DNA of 64,000 bases from an uncultured Acidimicrobiaceae bacterium (GTDB lineage Bacteria; Actinomycetota; Acidimicrobiia; Acidimicrobiales; Bog-793): assembly GCA_963841155.1 (NCBI GenBank), contig CAWJBM010000002.1, positions 424,238 through 488,237 on the forward strand, given 5' to 3'. Shown here one piece after another: positions 47,269 to 56,525 of this stretch. The first letter of the stretch is position 1. Each line of letters starts with the position of its first letter. The translations under genes and the position numbers were made by a program. The notes under the pieces are model-generated. The model was not told the DNA's origin, searched no databases, and was given only the letters and a program-made list of their open reading frames with translations.

Positions 47269-47466
47269 ATGGTGATAGTGATCGTTATCCTGCTTGTCGT
47301 CGCGGCATTCATCTGCTTCGTGATCGACGCCCGATGGGGGTCGCGTCGGTCCCCGAAGGCATCGCCGGGCCGCACAGCGTCTGGCCATACTCCACCGGGT
47401 CGCACTCCGCCGGGTCGCACTCCGCCGGGCCGCACACGGGACGCTGGGGAACGCAAGCCCCGGTGA
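47269..47466 (+). CDS. Hypothetical small membrane protein with a PPGRT repeat tail
   Basis: 65 aa. The N-terminal TM helix MVIVIVILLVVAAFICFVI lies in a locally less GC-rich stretch. The tail is encoded by the 15-bp tandem repeat. No clear SD. Confidence 0.3.
   Translation: MVIVIVILLVVAAFICFVIDARWGSRRSPKASPGRTASGHTPPGRTPPGRTPPGRTRDAGERKPR
47389..47433. repeat. 15-bp tandem repeat, 3 copies (ACTCCRCCGGGYCGC)
   Basis: Read directly: actccaccgggtcgc actccgccgggtcgc actccgccgggccgc. Confidence 0.9.
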
Positions 47467-48221
47467 AGCCCGGCGAACAGTCTCACCGGTTGTTCGCCGG
47501 CGCCCTTCGTAGCCAGCCCGGTGGTGGGCGGGACAGACAGCAGGACGGCAGAGCAGTTGAGCCGGTCCATTGGGTCCGCCGTCGACCAGCACGCGGCGTC
47601 GTGGACGTCACGGTGCGCTGCGGCCTGCCAGCGACCACGCCCGGACCGTTCAACCTCTACGGATGCCCCCACATCCACGCTGCGCCCGCGGGCCGGGCAC
47701 TGCATGCCGGGCCGGAGGCCGACACCGCATGGGTCAGACGGGAGCGACGACCTTGTCACCGACGCGAGGCGCTACAGGCACGTTGCGGGATACGAAGCCC
47801 GCCGAGCGCCGGGGTGACAACGAGCACCGTGAGCGGTATCAGGAAGTACTTGTAGACGACCACGACGCTGGCGAACGAGCGAAGGTGGCACCGTGGTTCC
47901 ACGGGTTGAGGCCGACGGCGTTCAGCTACACGGTGAGGGCCCGGCACGTACGTCCCGGGCGTGCTGACTGCGGGGACGTTCCATCAAGAGGAAGACGCAT
48001 CCTCTGGGATGTGCACGACGGCACCAACGCGGTCGTCGTCGGGCTCGAGCATGACAAGTATCGGAGACTGATCGTCGAAGCTCCGGATCCGAAGGAGACC
48101 GTCCAGCTCATCGAGAATGTCCTGAAGCGCTGAGGGTCGCCGGCGCCCGGATCGGTGGCCTCTTCCTCGCTTTGCCTGCCCTCCCGCGGGGTCGACCGCC
48201 GCGACGGTCCTCCACGTCGCC

Positions 48222-49499
48222 TCAGGTGCCCCGGAAGACAGGCTGGCGTTTCTCGGCGAAGGCGTTGAGACCCTCGAGGTAGTCGCTGCTGTCGTAAGCC
48301 TCCCGTCGCAGCCCCTGGATGCGCTCGTACACCTGCGCCGCGATGGGCTGATAGTCGTTGAGGACACGGAGCTGTTCCTTGATCACCGATATGGCCAGGG
48401 GCGATTTCGAGGCCATCGTCGCGGCCAGATCGAGGGTGAACGCCTCGAGCTCGGCCGCATCCACCAGGTGGTTGACGACTAGCCATTCCTTGGCCTTGTG
48501 GGCGTCGACGGGCGTAGCAGCGAAGAACATCTCCTTGATGAGGTTGATGGGCAGCCGCCCGAGGAAGTGGAGCAGCCCGGTGGTGTTGTACGGGAGCCCC
48601 AGGTTTGCAGGAGTGATGGCGAACATCGCCGTCTCGTCGGCTGTGACCATGTCACAGCTGAGTACCAGGTCGAAGGCCCCGCCCCACACCGAGCCGTGCA
48701 CCATGGCGATGATCGGAACCGGGCAGATGCGGATGGCGCGGATCAGTTCCTCGAGAGGGTCGTTGTAGGCCAGCGGATCGCGTCGACCCCTGGGAAGTTC
48801 GTTGATGTCACGGCCCACGGACCACACGCGCATCCCCGCCGCGGCACGAAGCACAATGGCGCGCACGTCCTGGGCTCGCAAGCTCTCGAGAGCCGCGACG
48901 ATGCCGTTTGCCAGCTCTGCACTGAGGGCGTTGCGCCGATGATTGTCGTCAAGGGTGATGACGCCGACTCTGCCGAGGACTTCGGTCCGGAGGGCGCCAC
49001 CTGCCAAGCCAATGGCCTCGGCTGGGACCGAGCCGTCCCCACTTCCCGCCTCGCCACCTTCTTGCGGCACCGCTGGATGGTCGCGAGACGGGTTGTTCGC
49101 ACCGCTGGCAAGCGCCACGTAGGTCCGGGCCAGCGCATCTCTCCCCGCTGCGAGGATCGCGTTCAGAAGCTCCAGTGCCTCGATCCGCTGGTCTCCGGCG
49201 AGAGTGTCGGCCACCTGGCGCCAGAGCACCTCCTCCAGGACGTTGAATTCTCCCTGGACCTCGCCAATGTCGAAGCCGGCCGCGAAGCGGTCCACCGCGA
49301 GTTGGTGGGACGACGCGATGATCGGCTCGACGTCGCCGTCGTGCACGCACCGCACGACGAGCTCGAACAGGTTCCGCAAGTGACGGCGCCGCATCTCCGG
49401 GCTGGACACCTGGTCACACGTATGGCGTCGCTCGAGCTCGGCAAATGCCTCGTCCACGACTCGATCCTCGGCGCCGGCAAGGACTGCTGACGTTTCCAT
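48222..49499 (-). CDS. Fusion protein: N-terminal RsbRD_N-like helical sensory domain plus C-terminal methylmalonyl-CoA decarboxylase-like crotonase (YgfG/ScpB-like)
   Basis: Start METSAVLAG at 49499, with GGAGG 8 nt upstream. The C-terminal ~250 aa aligns closely from memory with E. coli YgfG (VWSVGRDINELPRGRRDPLAYNDPL, MVHGSVWGGAFDLVLSCD, PANLGLPYN, ERIQGLRREAYDSSDYLEGLNAFAEKRQPVFRG). The N-terminal ~170 aa follows the RsbRD N-domain pattern (...LRNLFELVVRCVHDGD ... SHQLAVDRFAAGFDIGEVQGEFNVLEEVLWRQV). Confidence 0.8.
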   Translation of the reverse strand: METSAVLAGAEDRVVDEAFAELERRHTCDQVSSPEMRRRHLRNLFELVVRCVHDGDVEPIIASSHQLAVDRFAAGFDIGEVQGEFNVLEEVLWRQVADTLAGDQRIEALELLNAILAAGRDALARTYVALASGANNPSRDHPAVPQEGGEAGSGDGSVPAEAIGLAGGALRTEVLGRVGVITLDDNHRRNALSAELANGIVAALESLRAQDVRAIVLRAAAGMRVWSVGRDINELPRGRRDPLAYNDPLEELIRAIRICPVPIIAMVHGSVWGGAFDLVLSCDMVTADETAMFAITPANLGLPYNTTGLLHFLGRLPINLIKEMFFAATPVDAHKAKEWLVVNHLVDAAELEAFTLDLAATMASKSPLAISVIKEQLRVLNDYQPIAAQVYERIQGLRREAYDSSDYLEGLNAFAEKRQPVFRGT

Positions 49500-49689
49500 G
49501 ACGGGTACCTCCGTTCCCCTGCCGTCTCTTCGGGTGTTCATGTGAGGCGCCGGGAGCTTCCGCTCCCCCGAAGGGTTGGTCGGGCCCCTGAACCCACGCG
49601 ATGACCGAGATCGGCTCGTTGCCAAGTCTAGAAGGTCGGCAATCCAGCAAAACTACGGGCTCATGTCGGCAAACAGCGCAGCACCGGTG

Positions 49690-51084
49690 TCAACCCGTCG
49701 AACACAGATTGACGTGCTTGACATTCAGGATGTGGGTCACCGCGCTCACGAGCCTGCTCCGGGCGAGCTTGCCCGCGTCCACGGCGGCGATCACCGCAGC
49801 AACGGTCTGGTTCGTGAGCGACGCCACCGCCGTCGGATCGGCACCGTAAAGCACCATGTCTGCGCCTGCCTGTATCGCCGCCACCGTGGCCTTGGGGACC
49901 GAGTACCCGATCGCGCTGAGCGCTACCGCCGAGAGCGAGTCTGTGATGACCAGGCCTTGGTAGCCGAGCTGATCGCGAAGCAATCCTGAGATGACAACGG
50001 GAGAGATGCTCGCGGGGAGGTCGGTCAGCCCGGGAATCGTGGCGTTCGCGATCATCACCGCGGGAACGTGCGCGTCGATCGCATCATCGAAAGGAACTAG
50101 CCCGACGCGCTTGAGCTTGCTCCACGGCGGCGTGGAAGCGGGCATCACGTCGGTGTTGCCTGTGGCGCCACCAAGCCCGGGGAAGTGTTTGACCACCGGC
50201 ACGATCCCGCCTGCCTGAAGGCCGGCCTCGAACGCGAGCCCGTCCGTGGCCGCGATCTTCTCCTGCGCGCTGAAGGACCTCGTGCCGTCCGGGTCGCGGT
50301 CGTCGGGCCCTTGCCCGCCGTCCACGTCGAGCACCGGAGCGAGGTCCATCGTCACGCCCGCTGCGAGCATGCGCCGAGCGAGGCCGGCAGCCAACTGTCT
50401 GATCTGAGCCGGCGTCATGGTCGCACCCATCTGCCTCGCCGAGGGGATCGACCCGACCAGGTTCGCCATCCGCTGGACCGCGCCTCCCTCCTCGTCGGTC
50501 ATCACAAATGGCGCCACGCCGTTCGGAGCCGAAGCGACAAGGCTCTGCAGGGCCACGCCGAGATTTGAAGGAGCGGACGCTCCGAAGAGGATCACTCCGC
50601 CTGCGCCTGCGGCAACCTCCGAGGTCACCGACGTGACGTCGCTCTCATCGACGGGAACGACGACGGTTTGCTCTGCGAGGCTTTGCAGGCTCCATGTGGC
50701 AAGAACGCCCGCTGTCGAGCAGGCGAGCGTCGTCGTGGTGGTTGTCGCGGGCGTCGTGGTGGTTGTCGCGGGCGTCGTGGTGGTTGTCGCCGGCGTCGTG
50801 GTGGTTGTCGCCGGCGTCGTGGTGGTTGTCGCCGGCGTCGTGGTGGTTGTCGCCGGCGTCGTGGTGGTTGTCGCCGGCGTCGTGGTGGTTGTCACCGGCG
50901 TCGTGGTGGTTGTCGCCGGCGTGCCTGTCGTGCCGGTCGTGGTTGACAGGGTGGCTGTCGACGCGCACCCGGACACGAACGAAGCGACCAGCGTGATCGC
51001 GATCCCGGTCGCCACACCCGTGAGGAAGTGAGAATTGAGGCGATGTGATGAACGTGACCAGAGGGCCGAGACGCGGTGTGCCAC
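49690..51084 (-). CDS. Glycoside hydrolase family 3 lipoprotein (NagZ/LpqI-like beta-N-acetylhexosaminidase) with a Thr/Pro repeat linker
   Basis: Lipobox LVASFVSGCAS, then nine TTPATTT-type heptads, then the GH3 N-domain (VMTDEEGGAVQR, KHFPGLGGATGNTD, VMIANA, VITDSL). The start is uncertain: GTG 51084 is preferred and the track ORF starts at 51186. Confidence 0.85.
   Translation of the reverse strand: MAHRVSALWSRSSHRLNSHFLTGVATGIAITLVASFVSGCASTATLSTTTGTTGTPATTTTTPVTTTTTPATTTTTPATTTTTPATTTTTPATTTTTPATTTTTPATTTTTPATTTTTTLACSTAGVLATWSLQSLAEQTVVVPVDESDVTSVTSEVAAGAGGVILFGASAPSNLGVALQSLVASAPNGVAPFVMTDEEGGAVQRMANLVGSIPSARQMGATMTPAQIRQLAAGLARRMLAAGVTMDLAPVLDVDGGQGPDDRDPDGTRSFSAQEKIAATDGLAFEAGLQAGGIVPVVKHFPGLGGATGNTDVMPASTPPWSKLKRVGLVPFDDAIDAHVPAVMIANATIPGLTDLPASISPVVISGLLRDQLGYQGLVITDSLSAVALSAIGYSVPKATVAAIQAGADMVLYGADPTAVASLTNQTVAAVIAAVDAGKLARSRLVSAVTHILNVKHVNLCSTG
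50731..50919. repeat. 21-bp tandem repeat, 9 copies (CGTCGTGGTGGTTGTCGCSGG), coding for the Thr/Pro linker
   Basis: Counted directly, with copies starting at 50731, 50752, 50773 ... 50899. Only a few single-nt variants, all in frame with the GH3 gene. Confidence 0.95.
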
Positions 51085-51227
51085 GAGCCCATCTTCTCGC
51101 GGAACCTGGCCCGTCTGGATGCAGAGCACGACCGTCGGGCGCAAGGAACCGGCCCCGGCCGGTGGGGCCGGGCTGCCCGGCCACAAGGACGAGACGGTAG
51201 GTTGTTGACAGAGATTGGGAGGCCGAG

Positions 51228-51602
51228 ATGACTGAGGATCCGGGTCAGGCCAGGTGGAATGTCGCCGAATGGCGCGGCAAGATGCTCCTCGACTGCAACG
51301 GCGAGAAGATCGGTAGGCTCCAGGACGTCTACGTTGACGTCGAGACCGACGAACCGCAGTTCGGCACTGTCAAGGAGGGCTTCATCGGCCGACACCTGAC
51401 CTTCGTGCCATTGGGGGCGATCCAGATCGGACCCGATGACCTGCGGGTCACGGTGACCAAGGAGCAGGTCCGGTCTGCGCCCGACATCGAGATGCACGGC
51501 GAGGAGCTGTCTCAGGCGGACGAGTCGGCCCTCTATCACCACTTCGAACTGAACTACACGCCACCCAGCATCGAGAGCGGGCGGCGGCTCGCCCGCCGCT
51601 GA
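51228..51602 (+). CDS. PRC-barrel domain protein
   Basis: 124 aa. The pattern GEKIGRLQDVYVDVETDEPQFGTVKEG ... HLTFVPL is typical of PRC-barrel proteins. Confidence 0.8.
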   Translation: MTEDPGQARWNVAEWRGKMLLDCNGEKIGRLQDVYVDVETDEPQFGTVKEGFIGRHLTFVPLGAIQIGPDDLRVTVTKEQVRSAPDIEMHGEELSQADESALYHHFELNYTPPSIESGRRLARR

Positions 51603-51756
51603 ACGGGTTGACACAGGGACGCCTGGAACGGTTTGAGGAGGGACCCCCGGCGACGAGGAGCCGTCCGCAACCACCGGAGTGAAGGTTTCCCGCGGGACCA
51701 GCGCCCCGGTCGACTCTCGCGGTCCGCCGAGCGTCGCGCCCACGCCCGCGTGCGAC

Positions 51757-54700
51757 TCAAGGGGCGGGCCGCGCCAGGCCGCTGAGCAGGGACGGCAGCC
51801 CAGGCATACCTTTGAGCGCCCACGGCGCCACCACCGAAGCCCCGGTTGCGGTTGCCGCGCTGCCAACGGCGATCCCCCATCCGACCGGTCCCATCGGGGT
51901 GCACCCGAAGAAGTGGCTCACTCCGGGCGTCTGAACGATGCCGACGAGCACGCCGGCGGACGCGAGCGTCGACGCCAGCACGACGGGGCTCGCGCCGCCG
52001 ATGACCGCCGTCTGGCCGAGCTGGGTGCCCACCAGCGCGGCCAGCGCGACCGTGCTGGCACGCCTGGAGGTCCCCGTCGACCGGGCAAGCAGCCAGGCGC
52101 CCGTGGCGCCGGCGGTCGTAGTCGCGGCGCGCAAGCCGATCTGGCGCGCGAGGGCGCCACCGAGCGATGCCTCGGGTCCCTCATGCAGCAACTCCTCTGG
52201 TGTGCGCCGCGCGGGCGAGCGCAAGGCGATGGTCATCGCCGGCAGCATGTCGGTGAGAAGGTTGACCAACAGCATCTGGCGTGCCCCGAGCGGCGACGCC
52301 CCGGCAATCGCGGTGGAGGCGAGGATGAACCCGACCTCTCCCAGGTTGCCCCCGATGAGGATGGCCAGCGCGTCGCGCACCGAGGCCCACATGGCGCGCC
52401 CTTCCACGATGGCGTCGATGATCGTCTCTATGCGGTCGTCGAGTACGACCAGGTCCGCCGCCTCGCGTGCCGCGGGCGAGCCGCGGCCGCCGAGGGCGAT
52501 TCCGGTATGAGCCAGACGGATGGCAGGAGCGTCGTTGGCACCGTCCCCCGTCATCGCGACGGTGCGGCCGTTGCGCTGGTAGGCGCGAATGATGCGCATC
52601 TTGTGCGCCGGGGTGACCCGGGCGAACACGGTCGCCTCGCCCAGGGTGGCGTCGAGCTCGTCATCGTCCCAGGCATCGAGGTCCGCCCCGGTCAGCACAC
52701 GCGCGCCGTTCAAGATCTGCAGTTCCTTGGCGATCGCGGCGGCCGTCGACGGGTGGTCTCCGGTGATCATCACGACCGACACGCCGGCGGCGCGCAGGTC
52801 GGCCACAGCCGCGGCAGCCGTCGGGCGCACCCCGTCGGCCAAGCCGAGGAACCCGAGCAGTTCCATGTCGCTCACGCGTTCATCGGCTAGATCGGCGCTC
52901 GCCGACGCGGGCCGCTCGGCCACGGCGAGCACCCGCAGCCCCCGCCTCGCCAGGCGCTCCACCACTGCGTCGAGCCGTCGTCGGGCACGGCGGTCGATCA
53001 CTGTCACGCCCTCGGGCGCCCTCCAGGTGGCACAGCGCGGCAGCACGACCTCAGGCGCACCCTTGACCGACACCCGCGGACCACGCGGGCTGTCACCGAC
53101 GACTGCGTGGTACCCACGCGCCGGCTCGAAGGCCAGTTCGCCGAGAAGCTTCCAGCCGCCGAGCCCGTTGCTCGCCTCCACTCCGGCCACCTCGCCGCCC
53201 TCGAGCACGGCCCGGTCGGTGGCATGCGGCAGGTCGTCGCCGTCCTCGGCCACAGGGCTGGCCCGGAGTGCCGCCGCCAGCACGGCCACGGACCGGAGCG
53301 CCAGATCGCCCACAGGCTCGTCGGTGGCACCGTCGGACACTCGCTGCAGTGCGATACGCCCGACCGTGAGCGTGCCGGTCTTGTCGAAGCACAGCACGTC
53401 GACCCGCCCGAGTGCCTCGATGGTTCGTGGGTTGCGCACCAGCGCGCCGCGTTCGGCGAGCCGGTGCGCGGCGGCGAGCTGAGCAACGGTTGCCAGCACG
53501 GGCAACCCCTCGGGCACCGCGGCAACCATCAAGCTGACGCCGGAGTTCACCGCGGCACGTGGCGAGCGGCCGCGCAGCATGCTCAGGCCCGTGACTGCTG
53601 CCCCGCTGACCACGGTGGCGGGCACGGTCAACTTCGTCAGCGCGGAAAGCCTGGCCTCGACTCCGCTCGGGGCAGGCTCGGGCGCATCGGCCAGGCTCCG
53701 CCCGACCTCGGTCTGGTCCCGGACGCCGACCACGACGGCGAGAATCGTGCCCGTTGCCACCACCGAGCCCTCGTAGACCATGCAGGTCCGATCGGCGAGC
53801 GTCACGCCGGCGACAGGCACGGCGTGCTTGGCCACCGGGAACGACTCACCGGTGAGCGCGGACTCGTCGACCTCGCACCCGACGGCCTCGAGGATGCGAC
53901 AGTCGGCGGGGACCATGTCGCCCGCCTTCAGTTCGAGCACGTCGCCGCGCACGAGCTGACCCCTCTCCATGGCCCTCACGCGGCCACCTCTGCGCACGTC
54001 GATGCTTGTCGTCATGGCGTGCAGCAACTTGGAGATGGACGCATCGGCGCGGACTCGCTGCACCCCGCCTATCAAGGCATTTGCAGCCGTGACACCGGCG
54101 ACGAGCCCGGCGTCGGTGATCGACCCGACAGCCGCGGCGAGGCCGGCACCCACGGCCAGCACCGGGGTGAGCGGGTTCGCCAGCTCGGTGGCCACGGCGC
54201 GGGTGAACGAGACGCGAGGTGACCCTTCGGCGGGCAGCTCCGCGTGGCGACGCGCCGCTTCGGCGGCCGAGAGCCCCCGGCGCGACGAGCCGAGCGCACG
54301 CAGCACGGCGTCCGGCGCCATGGCGTGCCAGGCGATCTCCGCGACCGGCGCGGGCGCGGGGCGCCGGCCCAGCGATGAGGCAGCCGCCATGCCCGCCGCC
54401 TGCGCCGCGAGCGCGGCCACGTTCACCGGCACGGCCGCTCGCCGTGACACGCTGGCAGCAGGGCCGAACTGCGACCACGCCGCGCCCGCCGCGGATCCCA
54501 CTGCCGATAGGGCGACGCTGCGCGTGCTGACGGCGCGCGCCACCGGCAGGGACTCCACCACCAGGTGTGCGTCGGCCAGACCGGGACGCGTCAGCAACGC
54601 GGCGCCCCACGGCGGATGGTGGCCGTGACCGTCGACACCGACTCCGACATCGGCCGCGCGAAGCGCCGCATGCGCCGAGCCGCCCGACACGAGCAGCACG

Positions 54701-56178
54701 CCGTGACCGGCTCCCTGCAACGAGCGCACCGAAGCCGCCAGGCGGGTGCCGCCGGCGACCAGGCCGTCGGCCGCGAGCCGCTCGCGCAGCCCGCTGCGCA
54801 GCCCGGCTACCAGGAGCTGGCGGCCACCGCGACGCACCGACCGGGCAAGGGGCTCGGCCAGGGGATCGAGCTCCACCTCGAGGGGGATCACACCGACCAG
54901 AACACCCGACCGGGCCACGCCGAGCACGCCGGGGCGGCCCCGCCCCAGCGTTCGCGCCCGCGCGGCAGTCCCGGCTGGCAGCTCCGCATCGATCGATTCC
55001 AACGGCGCCACCCTCCACACACCACGCCGTGCCGCGCGCCCGGGCTGCGCCGGGTCGAACAGCTCGAGCGCCTTGACGCCGACCACGGCCGCGTCGAACC
55101 CGTCCACCAGTTCCACCCCGCCTAGCACGAGCCGACCAGTGGTGAGCACGGCGGCGTCGAGCACGACCACATCGACCCTGTCGAGCCGGCGCAGCGCTCC
55201 GCTGTCGAGTACGACGACATCGCGTGCCGCGAGCTCGCGCCCCAGCCGAGCGGCGAACGCATCGCGCCCGTGGCGCGCCGCTTTCGGCACGGCGGCTGTC
55301 ACAATGCCACCGGCACGCCGGGGGCTGAGCGTCACGACGAGAGCGGCCGCTGCTCCGGCCACACTGAGCGCCCCGGAGACGTCCGCGTAAGCCTCCACCG
55401 GCCCTGCACCGAGCGGTGCTCCGCGCGGCGGCAAGCTAACTGCGTCGAGGGGCTCGTCGCGTGGCGCGTCGCAGAGATCCGCCTCGCGCCGCTCCCACGT
55501 CCGACGCATCGCCACCAGCTCGCCGAACTGGTTGGCGCGGTGCGCGATGTCGGTCACCAAGGTGAGCGGTCCCTGCGACAGCGACTGTACGAAGGCACTC
55601 GTGACACCGAGCCCGAGGTCCGTGAGGGCTACCCCAAGATGCTGGTCGAGGAAGCGCCGGACCCGAGGCTCGTTCTCCGCCAGCGCCATGAGCGAGCCCA
55701 GCTCGGCGGGGATGGGCGTCGCCCGCAGCAGCTGGCCGAACACACCTCCGCTGAGCGCAACGACGTCCGCCCCGATGGCGATCGCCTGCCGTCGGACCGG
55801 CTCGATGTCGCCAGGGTGCTCGGGGCGCTCGTGGGAGAAACGCTCCTTGTGGACCTCGTGCGCCTCCTCCACACCCTCGATGACGCCGAGCAGGTCCTCG
55901 GTCGAGGGACCCTCGGGATCGAACGCCACGATGACGCGGCCGGCGACGGCATTGACCTGCGCCCACCGCACCCCTGGCACGGCCCGCAGCGCTCGCTCCA
56001 CGTCGCCCACCAGGACCTTGCGCGCGGGGTCGTGGACTCCGCGCACCTCGATGTGAGCCTTGCCCTGGCCAACCCACAGCCGGCGCCGTCGTCGTCCCGG
56101 GCTCAGACGGTCGAGCGCGCCGCCCAGGGCCGCGCCGGGTGCCGCCGCGCCCTCACGCAGCAGCCTGAGGGGGTTCAC
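51757..56178 (-). CDS. Giant cation-transporting P-type ATPase (mycobacterial CtpH/CtpI-like size class) with a ~610-aa N-terminal extension
   Basis: 1473 aa. The C-terminal ~860 aa has all P-type motifs: LTGESFPV, CFDKTGTLT, PEGLP, MITGDH and GDGANDAPAI. The extension is described in the findings. Confidence 0.9.
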   Translation of the reverse strand: MNPLRLLREGAAAPGAALGGALDRLSPGRRRRRLWVGQGKAHIEVRGVHDPARKVLVGDVERALRAVPGVRWAQVNAVAGRVIVAFDPEGPSTEDLLGVIEGVEEAHEVHKERFSHERPEHPGDIEPVRRQAIAIGADVVALSGGVFGQLLRATPIPAELGSLMALAENEPRVRRFLDQHLGVALTDLGLGVTSAFVQSLSQGPLTLVTDIAHRANQFGELVAMRRTWERREADLCDAPRDEPLDAVSLPPRGAPLGAGPVEAYADVSGALSVAGAAAALVVTLSPRRAGGIVTAAVPKAARHGRDAFAARLGRELAARDVVVLDSGALRRLDRVDVVVLDAAVLTTGRLVLGGVELVDGFDAAVVGVKALELFDPAQPGRAARRGVWRVAPLESIDAELPAGTAARARTLGRGRPGVLGVARSGVLVGVIPLEVELDPLAEPLARSVRRGGRQLLVAGLRSGLRERLAADGLVAGGTRLAASVRSLQGAGHGVLLVSGGSAHAALRAADVGVGVDGHGHHPPWGAALLTRPGLADAHLVVESLPVARAVSTRSVALSAVGSAAGAAWSQFGPAASVSRRAAVPVNVAALAAQAAGMAAASSLGRRPAPAPVAEIAWHAMAPDAVLRALGSSRRGLSAAEAARRHAELPAEGSPRVSFTRAVATELANPLTPVLAVGAGLAAAVGSITDAGLVAGVTAANALIGGVQRVRADASISKLLHAMTTSIDVRRGGRVRAMERGQLVRGDVLELKAGDMVPADCRILEAVGCEVDESALTGESFPVAKHAVPVAGVTLADRTCMVYEGSVVATGTILAVVVGVRDQTEVGRSLADAPEPAPSGVEARLSALTKLTVPATVVSGAAVTGLSMLRGRSPRAAVNSGVSLMVAAVPEGLPVLATVAQLAAAHRLAERGALVRNPRTIEALGRVDVLCFDKTGTLTVGRIALQRVSDGATDEPVGDLALRSVAVLAAALRASPVAEDGDDLPHATDRAVLEGGEVAGVEASNGLGGWKLLGELAFEPARGYHAVVGDSPRGPRVSVKGAPEVVLPRCATWRAPEGVTVIDRRARRRLDAVVERLARRGLRVLAVAERPASASADLADERVSDMELLGFLGLADGVRPTAAAAVADLRAAGVSVVMITGDHPSTAAAIAKELQILNGARVLTGADLDAWDDDELDATLGEATVFARVTPAHKMRIIRAYQRNGRTVAMTGDGANDAPAIRLAHTGIALGGRGSPAAREAADLVVLDDRIETIIDAIVEGRAMWASVRDALAILIGGNLGEVGFILASTAIAGASPLGARQMLLVNLLTDMLPAMTIALRSPARRTPEELLHEGPEASLGGALARQIGLRAATTTAGATGAWLLARSTGTSRRASTVALAALVGTQLGQTAVIGGASPVVLASTLASAGVLVGIVQTPGVSHFFGCTPMGPVGWGIAVGSAATATGASVVAPWALKGMPGLPSLLSGLARPAP

Positions 56179-56220
56179 CCGCCCGGGTTCGTCGGGCCGG
56201 TTCCCCTGGGGGGAACCTGG

Positions 56221-56358
56221 TCAGGCAGCCGTTGGCAACGCGACGGGGCGGCCGCGAGCGGCCGACCGGTCTCCGACCCACTCCAGCAGGCGCCAAAGCG
56301 CGAGCTGGACGGCGACGGCCAGGAGCTCCACGAGCAACCGCTCCAGGAAAACCTCCAC
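56221..56358 (-). CDS. Candidate 45-aa hydrophobic peptide immediately upstream of the P-type ATPase
   Basis: GTG at 56358 lies 6 nt after AGGAGG. The peptide is VEVFLERLLVELLAVAVQLALWRLLEWVGDRSAARGRPVALPTAA, and it ends 42 nt before the ATPase start. There is no homology evidence. Confidence 0.35.
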   Translation of the reverse strand: MEVFLERLLVELLAVAVQLALWRLLEWVGDRSAARGRPVALPTAA

Positions 56359-56525
56359 CGGGCCCCTCCTGTCTCGACACTGCGTGACTGGTGAGGTTGA
56401 TGGTAAGGAAGTGACATGAATTTCAGGCGACCTACAGCCGACACCTGGACGAATTCTCGATGAAGGCTTCGCGTGCGGCAACCGGTGGGCAACGTGGCGG
56501 CCGGGGGGTCAGGAAAAGAAGGTGC

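Noticed and set aside
47570-48133. 187-aa + strand ORF whose tail (ILWDVHDGTNAVVVGLEHDKYRRLIVEAPDPKETVQLIENVLKR) looks protein-like
   Set aside because: Only the last ~45 codons look coding, there is no start codon or SD for a short gene, and I recognise no family. It is probably a gene remnant, so I left it unannotated.
50645-51184. Regular 21-bp repeat array considered as a possible CRISPR-like or minisatellite locus
   Set aside because: The units are contiguous with no spacers and are in frame within the GH3 gene, where they encode a Thr/Pro linker. The repetitive ORFs in other frames (RRGGC..., ASWWLSP...) are artefacts.
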